Part shown: piece after piece, positions 1-11,955 of the stretch
Position numbering within the stretch: position 1 is the first letter of the stretch
How the letters are laid out: each line of letters starts with the position of its first letter
DNA from: Octopus vulgaris
Lineage: Eukaryota
Assembly (NCBI GenBank): GCA_951406725.2
Contig: OX597836.1
Span: 38,440,001-38,504,000, forward strand
Length of the DNA stretch: 64,000 nt
Direction: 5' to 3'
Position numbers and translations under genes: made by a program
The notes under the pieces: model-generated
The model's input: only the letters and a program-made list of their open reading frames with translations
Database searches by the model: none
What the model was told of the DNA's origin: nothing

Positions 1-812
1 GATGCAATCACAGACATTATGTCATCAGTTTGACTAAGCATTATCACATGACATTTTCATGGTGATTCTATTCATGAAAAGTTGATTAAGTTAGAGAATT
101 TGCCTCAAAACATGTCAGGAAAAACATAAGTGAATCTGTTGTTAAATTGTATCATGCAACACAAATACATTTCACAAAAAAAGTTTTGGCTGACTGATAG
201 GCTCCGAATATTCGTAGGCCAAAGTGAAGGTTTTGTAAATCAGTGAACAAAAGCTGTTATTCATCTAGTTGTTGCTTTTCAGCATATTTGTGAGACACCA
301 GGAAGTGCTGTGCCCAAAAGTAACTTTCAAAGATTTCAATGATGTGATGAGTGTAGTAACAAAGGTAGTCAATTTGGTAGCTGCCAGGGCTTTGCATAAA
401 CAAGAATCGAATTTACTTTTGAATAAACTGTATCAGTTTACAGTGATTTACAAATGTACAATAATGTTCAATGGTTGAGTCGTGGCCAAATACTTGAATG
501 TTTAAGTGAAACCAGACTATTTTTACATGAGAAGCATACAGTATTATTGACCTCAGCTAAATAACTTTGCTTGGTTCAATAAACTTACGTGTTTCCATGG
601 ATGTGAATGAACTTTATATCAAAATGTGAAGCTATAGAAATTCTATTGATGTGATGTTTGGAATGATCAAAAGTTTCAAGAGTCAACTCAACATATTTCA
701 AAATGATTTAGAAAGTAAAAGTTTCTATTAATTCTCAAAGGCAAAGAATTTTTTTTTTTAAGAAACCATCTTTAAGAATCTTGAACAACATAAGAAAACA
801 GTTTACAATAAT

Positions 813-859
<47 letters not shown>

Positions 860-862
<3 letters not shown>

Positions 863-1156
863 TAAAACGGTAAGATAACAAAAGAAAGAAAGAGACCTCA
901 ATATTATGTAAATAGAGGAAATTTATCTATACAATAATATGTTACATTACTCGATAGTCAAGATAAAACTCTGAGTTTCAGATGCCGAAGTGGGAATCCA
1001 CGACATCTCTTCGGTTATCTGGCTATTTGAAACCGCTATGAAAAAAAAAAAAAAAAGCCAGATAACCGAAGAGATGTCGTGGATTCCCACTTCGGCATCT
1101 GAAACTCAGAGTTTTATCTTGACTATCGAGTAATGTAACATATTATTGTATAGATA
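860..1156. mobile_element. Fold-back PLE-type insertion in (TA)n with 101-bp perfect inverted arms
   Basis: 924-1024 is the exact reverse complement of 1056-1156. Flanked by (TA)n on both sides. Same family as 14934-15110. Confidence 0.85.
1060..1119 (+). ncRNA. Type I hammerhead ribozyme motif with variant core (mirror copy at 961-1020, minus strand)
   Basis: AGATAA-CCGAAGA-GATGTCG...CGGCATC-T-GAAA-CTCAGAG-TT-TTATCT: stem I AGATAA/TTATCT, stem II GATGTCG/CGGCATC, near-palindromic stem III ACTC-A-GAGT. U4 is replaced by C and there is an extra T before GAAA. Confidence 0.65.
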
Positions 1157-1519
1157 TATATATATTTTTTCAAGGCTTGTTCAGTTAAATGAGTTAGAGA
1201 AGATAATACAATTTATGAACGACCTTGATGAAGCAGGTTTTACAGATCTGAAATTAAGTACTTTTGAATGGTTGTATTCAAGAGACCTGCAATTAGTTGA
1301 CTTCCAATCTAACCCTATTTGGAAGCAAAGATTAATTACACTCAGTGCTAATTTAAAAGAATGGCAAAGTGTGCAAGTAATCATGGATACGTATTCAGAC
1401 TGCAGACTTTTGAGAGTGTTGAAATGCATTCCCAAAATTTTGATACCTTGAAAATATATGTAAAAACACTAACAACTCATAGCCATTTTCTCATCAACAT
1501 ATTCATGTTAAACATTGTT

Positions 1520-1895
1520 TATCATCATCATCATCGTTTAATGTCCGTTTTCCGTGCTAGCATGGGTTGGATGGTTCGACTGGGGTCTGGGAAGCCAGAA
1601 GGCTGCACCAGGTTCCAGTCTGATCTGGCAGTGTTTCTACAGCTGGATGCCCTTACTAACGCCAACCACTCCGTGAGTGTAGTGGGAGCTTTTTATGTGC
1701 CAGGGGAGGCTGGCAGCAGCCAAGATCGGTTGGTGCTTTTTATGTGCCAGGGGAGGCTGGCAACGGCCACGATTGGTTGGTGCTTTTTATGTGTGACCGG
1801 CACAGAAGCCAGTCAAGGTGGCGCTGGCATCAGCCACGTTCGGATGGTGCTTTTTACATGCCACCGGCACAGGTATCATAACTACAATTTCTATT
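1520..1895 (-). mobile_element. SINE family C (RTE-related, (GAT)n tail)
   Basis: Sense strand ends ccaacccatgctagca..ggacattaaacgatgatgat and contains agggcatccagctgtagaaac. Multiple copies in the window. Confidence 0.8.
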
Positions 1896-2475
1896 TAATA
1901 TTTATAGCATTAAAAAATGTAAAAGCAAACAAGAGAAACAGAATCGGTGAAGATATGAGAGCTGTTTGCAATTCATTAGAGAGCACACACTGTGTCTCTC
2001 TTTTATAAAGCAATTCTCTTCCGAAATTCAACAACAAAATAGCCATTAATGTGAAAGCAAAATTTCTAATTTCATTTTATCAACCTAATTTTAATAAGTA
2101 TATTTTGAAATTTTAAGTTATATTGTATTAAACTCCTGGCTTTGTAAATATATTGGTAAAATAAGCTGCTTACCTATAAACATTTACCTAAAACTGATAT
2201 ACATGCTTACATTTTAAATGTAACAGGATTATTAGGAAAAAAATTTGAATTTTAACCTGCTGGGTTTAAAAGGATCACCACCATCAGCTTATAAGCATTG
2301 TAACCAAAAGAATATGCAACATAAGCATTATGTTGTTTGAGAAAAGAGTAGAAAGAATGTATAACATTTTGAATTATAAATAGTTGCTTAATCATGTGCT
2401 GAAGATTAAGATTATTTTCTTTAAAAATAATCCAAATCAGAGAAATCAGACTGTGTGATAGAAGTAATAATCTTT

Positions 2476-2687
2476 TCTACTAAAGGCACAAGGTTTGAAA
2501 TTTTGGGGGAGGGGATGAGAGTCAATTACATCAACCCCAGTGTGTAACAGGTACTTATTTTATTGACCCTGAAAGGATAAAAGACAAAGTTGACCTCCGT
2601 GGAATTTGAATGCAGAACATGAAGACAGCCAGAATACCGCTGAGCATTTTGCCCGGCGTGCTAAAGATTCTGCCAGCTTGCCGTCTT
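2476..2687 (-). mobile_element. SINE family B (tRNA-like head, gactttgcctttcatcctttcggggtcgataa domain)
   Basis: Reverse complement matches copies at 19831-20045, 27510-27905 and 35334-35560. Confidence 0.75.
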
Positions 2688-3112
2688 ATGTGGTAGAAAT
2701 AATAATGAATTAACTTTTAAAACTATTTCATTCTCTTATCACAGAATGAAGTTCAATGCTCCAGGTTGTGTAAATTGAAAGGTATTAAGGATACCTGAAT
2801 TATCATTCAGTGTCCATTCATACAATCAATCGATCCATTTTCATTTCCTGCTCTTCCTGGTAGGGTCAGGGCTAGAGTCCATAGGGTCCTATCAGAAGCA
2901 ACCATCATTAAATTTTCCTGCTGGATTCTCAAGTGTGACTAACTGAGATTATAGACATCATTCAACCATCTCACTTGTGGTCAACACCTAGGCCTTCTGT
3001 TGTTAGCAGTTAATCAACCAAACAAAATTCACAGTAGGAGATGCAACCTACTCTTGTCCACTTTACAGCCAATGGTCCTTGACTGATCTAATATGGTATT
3101 TCTTTCTTTCTT

Positions 3113-3528
3113 TTACTTATTTCAGTCACGTGACTGTGGCCATGCTGGAGCACCGCCTTTAGTCGAGCAAATCGACCCCAGGACTTATTCTTTGTAAGCC
3201 TAGTACTTATTCTATCGGTCTCTCTTTGCCGAACCGCTAAGTTACGGGGACGTAAACACACCAGCATCGGTTGTCAAGCGATGTTTTTTTTTTGGGGGGG
3301 GGGACACAAACACAGACACATAAACATATACATACACACACACACACATATATATATATTTATACGACGGGCTTCTTGCAGTTTCCGTCTACCAAATCCA
3401 CTCACAAGGCTTTGGTTGACCCGAGGCTATAGCAGAAGACTCTTGCCCAAGGTGCCACACAGTGGAACTGAACCCGGAACCATATGGTTGGTAAGCAAGC
3501 TACTTACCACACAGCCATACCTACACCT
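3113..3528 (-). mobile_element. SINE family A (tRNA head, CORE-like ggcaccttgggcaag, internal (TA)/(TG) microsatellite)
   Basis: A-box tggctgtgtgg, B-box gggttcagt.cc, internal microsatellite and 3' end gactgaaa..agtaaaag. More than 20 full or partial copies in the window. Confidence 0.85.
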
Positions 3529-4169
3529 ATGTGAGTTCTGTTCTATCATCATACAGTGTTTCAATGGGTAGACAACATAGTGGCATCTATCCTCTTCAAG
3601 AATAATTATTTGTCTCTTTTGTGAGATGCTCTTCTACTAATTTTACAAGTTTATTATTAATCCTGAACGGTAACAAGGCGCAAGAATTGTTGGCATGTTT
3701 ATCAAAATTCTTAGCAGCATTTCGTCCAGTGCTATACGTTCTGAGTTCAAATTCCATTGGGACTGACTTTACATTTCATCCTCTCAGGATCAATAATATA
3801 CATAGCAACTGAAAGCTGGGATTGATGGTATTCACTAACCCTTCTCCTAAACTTATTAGCCTTGCACCAAAATTTGAAATCATGATTAATCCTGTGGGGT
3901 TCCATATACCCTCATCATCCAGCTATTCTACCAGTTCAATCCGCTACGTGTATCATGTCAGCCAAGACTGTCTGTCTTGTTCTTAGCACACTTAGGCAGA
4001 TCATGGTACTGTACAAGTTTGCTCTCCTGTAACTTCAGTCACATTGTGTCACATTGAAAGGGGAGAAAATTCATTCAGTGACATGATGCATCTACAGCAT
4101 GCTGAAGGTTAAAAGAAAATGGCAATATTCTATTGATAACATTAGATTTTACTGTTTCTTTCACTATAT

Positions 4170-4398
4170 TTAACCCTTTAGCATTTAAAACGGCCATATC
4201 TGGCCCATATATCCTACCTGTTTTATGTTTGAAAATGGCCAAATCTGGCCTCTTACACCTACCCTACATTGACAGTCTAAGAATAAACAATCACACCATT
4301 GAAATCCCAAAGCTATGAGATAATGCAAGATTAATTCAAAACAATGTGAATACATAAGCATTGAATTTGGTAAATTAATCCAAACACTAAAGGGTTAA
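4170..4398. mobile_element. piggyBac-type MITE
   Basis: TTAA-CCCTTTAG...CTAAAGGG-TTAA. A related copy in opposite orientation lies at 39390-39620. Confidence 0.75.
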
Positions 4399-4942
4399 GT
4401 AAAGTTGATAAGAATTTTATGTATCTTAAAAGTAATCTTTGTCAAAATCATTTCTTCTTCTTCTAATACCTGTGCATATAAATTATTTTAGCGTTGAAAC
4501 AATATTGAAACATAATCAATTTTTATTGGTAGGAGATCTAAAAAAAAAATTTATATTACCCAAAGGTAATGGAAATTAAGAATCTAATATAATACAAAGG
4601 ATCTGAAAGAAGTAATTATGTTTGATTCTATTCTTCAAATAAGTGCAATCGTTTCAAAGAAATTATTTTTAATAAGCAAATGAGAAAGGTCTAACTTTCC
4701 CAATTAAACTTCTCCATCTTGTCATTATTGAACCAATCTTTTGCTTCAGTCATTGGACTGTGACCATTCTGGGCACCACCTTGAAGTGATTAGTTGAATA
4801 AATTGATCCCAGTACTTAATTTTTTAAGACTGATGCTAATTCTATCGGTCTCTTTTTGGCAAATGGCTAAGTTACAGGGACATAAACAAACACCAGTTGT
4901 GAAGCAATGCTGGAAACTAACACAAACATGTATGCACATGTG

Positions 4943-4979
<37 letters not shown>

Positions 4980-5099
4980 TAGGCTTCTTTCAGTTTCTGT
5001 CTGCATATCTTGCATAGTATGTGCTCTCTACAGTTTGTGAATTTATTCTTTATGTGCCGGTGCACATGACCTGCTGTGCTTGAGGAGGTCTATTGAGTC

Positions 5100-5478
5100 A
5101 AGTACATCAACATCAAAATAAATATCAAATGGAAATTGTAGATGTGATACCTGTGTCAGTGGCACATAAAAAGCACCATCCAAACGTGGCCGATGCCAGC
5201 GCCGCCTTGACTGGCTTCTGTGCCGGTGGCACATAAAAAGCACCAAACGATTGTGGCCACTGCCAGCCTCCCCTGGCACCTGTGCTGGTGGCACATAAAA
5301 AGCACTCACTACAATCATGGAGTGGTTGGCGTTAGGAAGGGCATCCAGCTGTAGAAACACTGCCAGATCAGACTGGAGCCTGGTGCAGCCTCCTTGCTTC
5401 CCAGACCCCGGTTGAACCGTCCAACCCATGCTAGCATGGAAAACGGACATTAAATGATGATGATGATGATGATGATGT
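5100..5478 (+). mobile_element. SINE family C
   Basis: Tandem gtggcacataaaaagcac subunits, ggaagggcatccagctgtagaaac and (GAT)n tail. Confidence 0.8.
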
Positions 5479-5512
5479 TGTTGCTGTATGACAAACTCAT
5501 TTATAACTGAAT

Positions 5513-5720
5513 GAGCCAGTAAGGGAGAATCAACATAGTTATTCAACCTGTTAGAAATAGCAGGCAAAAGCTCTTTATATCTTCATTAAAAAGAAAAAAA
5601 CAGAAGGAAGAATATGAAATCATATAGTTTCTGAGTGATGTGTTTAGAAATAGAGGATGGTCATTGTTGGAAATCCTTTGATTATTGATCTACTCAATCA
5701 GAAGCAATATACAGGTTTCA
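5513..5720 (+). mobile_element. Old SINE-like family F with HDV-like ribozyme motif at its 5' end
   Basis: gagccagtaagggag...cctgttagaaatagcaggcaaaagctcttt followed by ggatggtcattgttggaaatcctttgat. Related degenerate copies at about 9830-10312, 22990-23220, 30360-31177, 32655-32880, 46860-47035 (all -) and 52020-52200 (+). Confidence 0.55.
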
Positions 5721-6953
5721 TTCATATTTAGCAAACAAGCCTTTTCCATATGTTTCTATCAACAAAATCTGACATGCAAGGTTTTGGCTGACTCAAGGTT
5801 ATGGTTAAAGACACTTGCCCAAGGGTCATATAGTGGGATTGAACTCAGAATGTTATGATTGCAAAGTGAATTTCTTAACCACATTGCCATGCTTATACCA
5901 TGCTTGCTTAAGAATCTCAAACCAAAATCTGAAGAACTATCAAAGATTAAAGTATTAATCTTTGATAGCTCTGCAGAACTTATCAAAGACTAAAGAACTA
6001 TTTCAGAAAGAAATACAAGTTAACTAAATTCCGCTGGCTTTTCATCAATAAAGTATCAGACTATCATAAAACAAAAATAAGAAAAGAAAAAAAAGTGATA
6101 ATAATTATACAGATTTGTTATGAAATAGCATATATAATCAAAGAAAAATGTGTGAGAGATAGAGATAGAAGGAGAAGAATAAAGAATGAGAGACAAAATA
6201 GGAAGGACAGAGAGAGAAGGAAAGAAAGAGAGATTAATAAAGCTTAAAAATAATTAACCTATTTCTATGCTGGATAAAAGAAAGCTAATTTGCAGTAGGA
6301 GATTTATTTAAAGAACAATAGATTATTTTAGTAAAATGTTAAAAAAAAAATGGAAATAAAACAAACTACTCTGGCTTACTCCTGTGGATTTAGAAGTCTT
6401 TTAGAGCATGGAACCAAATGAGTAATGGAATCAAGAAGTTAAATTAGTCGGAAGAAAAAGAAAACCTGGGGTGGATCAATGTAGTAACATTTAAGTTATA
6501 ACTAGGTAACTAATGAAACGGTTGTACTAAGAATGACTGCGATATATTTTTGACTATTCAAAACATAAAGGAAAGATTATTTGAAAAATAGAGAATAAAG
6601 AAAAAGAGAATGAAAATTAGAAATGATATGGAAAGAGGAAAAAAAATTAAACTTATCACATATAACATCAGAGGTTACTTTTAGATGATTTGAAAGTTGT
6701 AAGAAGAAGAAAAATAGAGAAAAAAGGTGAATAATAAATGTGCAGTTGACTGCAATGTGAAAATGGGATGAAAATAGTTCATATCATTTATGCTAAGTTA
6801 AAAAAATATACCAGACTTTGTTACAAAACAACCAATATTCCTCTTGTGCAAATCAGCAACATTTAACATGAAGTATTCCTCAAAAATATATTGTGCTATA
6901 CAGCGTCAATATATCTTTATATTTTAGCTATGAGATAATCATCATATATTAAT

Positions 6954-6987
<34 letters not shown>

Positions 6988-8299
6988 ACAGAACTATAGC
7001 AGAAAATAATGCTATATTGAAATAGTCACAAATAAAATTTGAAAGATGAACTGATATGCATAATATTGAAAAAAAAAAAAAAAAGCAATTGGCTTTCTTT
7101 ACATCTGAGAGAGAAAGAGAGCAAGAAAGAGAGGATGGGGTACTTTTAAAATAAGAAAATGAATAATAAGATATCACATGATGGCAGAAAGGTAATTTGA
7201 AGCAGTTAACAGAGTGAAAAGTGTTGTCTGTATTTCCATTCGTTTTTGTATTTTATTTTTATTTATTATTATTATTTTTTTCCCTTTTCGTCAAACATTA
7301 GTTGATGACTAGTTAGAGTTAGATAAATTATCGTAAATGTTAACTAAAGCAGTTGAACATGTAATAACAGTCTGTGATGAAAATTGAACATTTAAAAAGT
7401 GTTTTTTTTTTATTTAAATGACATTATGCTAAGAAGCATCTCAGACTGAATGTCTGCAAATGATTGTGTTCGCAGTGGAAGATATTATAGAGAGCTTGTG
7501 GTGTTAAAATACATTCAACTCTACCGACTGTTGGTGAAATACAGTAAACAAGCTTTTGAATTTATATTCTATTATTTTCTTGGAACCATCTATCAATCAC
7601 CATTCATCATAAAGGGTTTTACTTCTTCAAAGAACTGAAGAAATATGCAGTTATGAAACCAAACAGGTTTAATATCCTGAAGACATGTGTTTTTATTATC
7701 TACATTGATAGGAAATGCAGCTGCATTTCTTTCAAATGCACAACTGCATTAGAAAGGGTGCATTAGATGGGGTAATTATTATCTCAATAGCATATTTTTT
7801 TTTCCTTCTGACAGCAGAGAAATGAAAGTTACCTCCTCAACTGAATTTGCATTCTGCTTCATTTGAGATGAATAGGAGTTAATTCTTTAGATATTAATGT
7901 TTAAGGAGAAATCAGCTCACGAGTAACTAACACATCGCTAATGATAAACATCACAAATTCAGTTTTAATTTTTACTTTTATATCACAAAACACTGATGAA
8001 AATAAGGCCTAAATTATTTCTTTCTCTCTTTTCACATACATAACATACACCATTGAATACACTTTATATATGATACAATCTGAAAAGGTTCTTTAGGGGA
8101 GTGAGAGGGGAATTTCCACAAAGTGAATTCGGTGAATGTCCTGGAAAATACGGAGAATATATTCAGTAGCCAAAAGAAACATGCAAGACATTAATTTTAT
8201 TATTATCGTCATTTATTGCCCATGTTCCATACTGGCATAAAGTTTGATGGTTCACAGGATTTGATGAGTTCCAAGGACTGCATCATGCTCCAGTATTTG

Positions 8300-9687
8300 C
8301 TTTGGCATAGTTTCTATGGTTGGATGCCCTTTATAACACCAGTACTAATGAGGTCACCATGAAGCTTGCAAGAACACAAACCCCAAAGTGGGGTTCGTTT
8401 TATGTTAAGAGATGAGCAGCAAAAAGATGGATAAAATTATGAGAGGAGCCAGAGCATAAGTTTTACTCTTTCTCAACAAAACCAATGAACCAGCATGTAT
8501 GTATGTATGTATGTATGTATGTATGTGTGTGGTGTGTGTGTGTATGTATGTATGTACGTATGTATGTACGTACATATGTATGTACGTACGTATGTATGTA
8601 TGCATGCATGTATGTATGTATATACATACGTACAGAGAGTCTGCCAAAAAAATGAATACACACTTCAAGAAAGGAAAAATCCGTATAAATATTCTAATTC
8701 ATTGTTATGGTAATTTGATAAAACATTGAAAGAGGCATCTATATTAATACAGATATTTATACAAGTTAAATATTCATACAGATTTTTCCTTTCCCGATGT
8801 GCGTATATATTATTTTTGGTGGACTCTGTATATATTTCATGTTATGCTTAGAAGCAATGCATGTTACCAGAATTTTTGACATCAGTCAACACGAAGAAAC
8901 TTCTCCAAATCTTTGGTAGAGTATCTGTGTAAAAGGAGTGAGGGCAGGCAAGTTTGTGCTAGCATCAAGTCATACAAATTATATACAAATGAAGAAGTCA
9001 AACCAAATAATGATATTTTGGAGCATTTAATAAATAAATTTCAGATTATTGCTTAACTTTCTCAGTTAATATATTTCAAAATACTTTGAAATATGTTAAC
9101 CGAAGAAGGTCTTAGTCCCACTGCATGGAACCTTGGGGGTATAGCTTCTACTATATAACCCCAGGCCAACCAAATTCTTCTGAGTAGATGTGGTAGATGG
9201 AAAACTAAAAGAAGTCTATCACACACACATGATGATGATGATGATGATGAGAAAGAGAGTTCATATTTCCTTCATCTTCATTTGTGTTCCCATTGACAGT
9301 GTTATTTGTTTCCAGTTCTCCATGTAAACATGTCCAGGCTAATTGTTGTTCAATAACCTGGGAGATTAAACCAGTAGGAAGGGCATCTAGCCAAAGAAAA
9401 CTCTGCCCTAACATATTCTTGTCTAACCTATACAAGCATGAAAAGGTACATGTTACGGTGATGGTGTGTGTGTGAGTGAGAGAGAGAGAGAGTGAGACGT
9501 GGTGGGGAAAATGGATGCACAGATTTAATTTTCTTCAAGGCACCTCTCATAATTTTATCCATCTTTTTGCTGCTCATCTCTTAACATAAAGTTACCCACT
9601 TTGTGGTTCGTGTTCTTGCAAGCTTCATGGTGACCTCATTAGTATTGGTGTTGTAAAGGACATCCACCCATAGAAACTATGCCAAAG
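8300..9687. repeat. Spaced inverted duplication of about 150 bp (8300-8450 vs 9539-9687)
   Basis: ttatgttaagagatgagcagcaaaaagatggataaaattatgagagg is mirrored by cctctcataattttatccatctttttgctgctcatctcttaacataa; the flanking sequence also matches. Confidence 0.85.
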
Positions 9688-9947
9688 ACTGAAGACATAA
9701 TAACATGGTTAGACCACTTGGAATTAAGTGCTCAAAGTAAGAAGTATGTGAATCAGTAGGTTTAATTCCTAACTGTTCCCTGTAATATATTTTGTAAGGT
9801 TCATGATTGTGGATTAAACCTTCACAGATTTCATGTTATTGGTCCAAATCAATTTCGACCAAACAAACCTTTGACCACAGATACTTCAACTATGACTGTA
9901 CTTGTCTTCTTTAGTGGATCCAAGACATTATCTAATTTGTTCTTTTG

Positions 9948-10230
9948 TTACCAACGTCGCTTCACTGGCACCTGTGCCAGTGGCACATGTAAAAAGATTT
10001 GAGCGAAGTCATTGCCAGTACCACCTGACTGGCCCCCGTGCCGGTAGCATGTAAAAAGCACCCACTACACTCTTGGAGTGGTTGGCGTTAGGAAGGGCAT
10101 CCAGCTGTAGAAACTCTGCCGGATCAAGATTGGAGCCTGGTGCAGCCATCTGGTTCGCCAGCCCTCAGTCAAAATCGTCCAAACCATGCTAGCATGGAAA
10201 GCGGACATTAAGCGAACGAACGATGATGAT
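9948..10230 (+). mobile_element. SINE family C, inserted in a family F copy
   Basis: Family C body and (GAT)n tail, with family F segments on both sides. Confidence 0.75.
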
Positions 10231-11159
10231 GTTTATATAGCAGGTCTTAATTTCAAAGAGATTTGACTACTCTTTCTAGAAGGTAGAGCAATCACATGAT
10301 ACTTCCCTCCTTAACTGTGTAATCCCATGCTTTTGGTGCCATAGATGAAATATCTATGCTAGCTGATACTCTTATAAACTCAACAACAGCAGCAGCAGCC
10401 AGTGCTGCCACCGATATGCACAATCTCTTTCATCCTCACAAAGAAACAAACATTTATGCTAAAGTGAAAGTAATTATCAGGGAGAAGTGATATTGTGATA
10501 TAAAATTGACGATGTTAAGAGTGGAGCATTAGCTCACTATTAAATCAATTGGAATTTGAAATTTAAATCAGTTGAAATCACACAACATCAATGACAATTC
10601 TTCTAAGGAAGGCAAAAGAAGGCATTCTGAAATTTAAATTGATTAAAAATTAAATGGAGACAGGCAGTGGGGGCGGGGATCTGATTACAGTAGAAAATCC
10701 ATATTTCAGTATTATTTCACTGCCTCGGTACTAACCCTATTTTGGAATACCTTTGAAAGGATATGGTTTTTGCATGAAAATTCTTCACCAGTTAAGCAAT
10801 TTAAAATAATGCGTTCAAAGTTTGGCACAAGGCCAGCAATTTTAAGGGAAAGGTAAGCTGATCACGTTGACCCAAGTGTTCAACTAGTACTTTATAGTAT
10901 TGACCTCAAAATGATAAAAGGCAAAGTTGACTTCAGCAGAATAGCAGTTTAGAATAATGGCATCGCAACCAGATTCAGAAATACAGTAGGTTCTAACTTC
11001 TGGTGTTACTATGATAAATATAGTGTAGTAGTTTGTAGGTTCTAGTTGTAGTGTTACTGTAATATAGTGTTGGGGCAGGCTGTAACTCGAGTCATCATTA
11101 TCATTATTTTGATATCCTCTTTTCAATGCTTGTGTGGTTAAGAAAGGATTCATTGAACC

Positions 11160-11312
11160 AGATTATCTACAGCCAAATTATCTACAGCCAGATTCTCTAC
11201 AGCCAGATTCTCTACAGCCAGACTATCTACAGCCAGACTATCTACAGCCAGACTATCTACAGCCAGATTAACTACAGCCAGATTATCTACAGCCAGATTC
11301 TCTACAGCCAGA
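11160..11312. repeat. 15-bp minisatellite (agattatctacagcc) x10
   Basis: Ten consecutive 15-mers; explains the YSQII repeat ORF. Confidence 0.95.
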
Positions 11313-11620
11313 TGTCCTTACTGTTGCCAACCCTCACCTGTTTCTCTGACCAGATACGTTTCCATGGAAAACTGGAAACAAAGAGCAGTGTTTGTGTGAG
11401 AGTGAGACTTGTTTACAAGAACTGCATGATGTCAAGATAAATGGGGACATGGACACAACTATGTTGGACTTCTTCCAGCCTCTGTCTTGCAAATCTACTA
11501 AGATTTTGATTGGCCTAGGGCTATAACAGAGGACACTTGCACAAAATGACACACAGTGGGACTGAACACAAAACCACACGACTGGGAAACAAACCTCTTA
11601 ACCACAAACCATGTCCGATA

Positions 11621-11955
11621 AAGGGTAAAGATCCCCTTTGGTCATGACTGACCATGGGATTGAACCTAGAACATTCTCCTCTGAGGCCCAAGTCCAGGCA
11701 AAGCTGTTTATGGAAGACAAGTAGTTGCCCATGCCTACCAGCTTCCCCACTCCTTGCTACCAATGTTATCCAAGGGAAAGGCTGATATACCTTGGCACCA
11801 GTGATGTCGCAACTCATTTCTGCAGCTGAGTAAACTGGAGCAACGTGAAATGTACTGTCTTGCTCAAGAACACAACACAAAGCCCAGTCCAGGAACTGAA
11901 CTCACTGCCTCATGATTGTGAAGTTGATGCTCTAACCACTTATCCATGAGCCTTC
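11621..11955 (-). mobile_element. SINE family E (tRNA head, gtgttcttgagcaagac domain, tttaccc tail)
   Basis: Reverse complement of the copy at 59716-60054. Confidence 0.75.

Larger units (their letters stand above)
1..2049 (+). mobile_element. Degenerate hAT (GTF2IRD2/SPIN-like) transposase fossil, interrupted by a (TA)n hammerhead fold-back and a SINE C
   Basis: Frame-broken translations give HQEVLCPKVTF..DVMSVVTKVVNLVAARALH, WLSRGQIL, DLQLVDFQSNPIWKQ, ALKNVKANKRNRIGE and a terminal EIQQQNSH* (stop 2047-2049), all typical hAT transposase motifs. Confidence 0.8.

Noticed and set aside
1361-2008. Longest ORF (215 aa) as a gene
   Set aside because: It is a chimera of hAT fossil frames and an inserted SINE C; similar peptides recur wherever SINE C occurs.
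7630-7675. CTGAAGA..GAAACC..GGTT hammerhead-like string
   Set aside because: There is no stem I pairing and only a 3-bp AU stem II; likely chance in AT-rich DNA.
11126-11440. YSQII-repeat protein
   Set aside because: It is the translation of a 15-bp minisatellite inside a SINE-like fragment.
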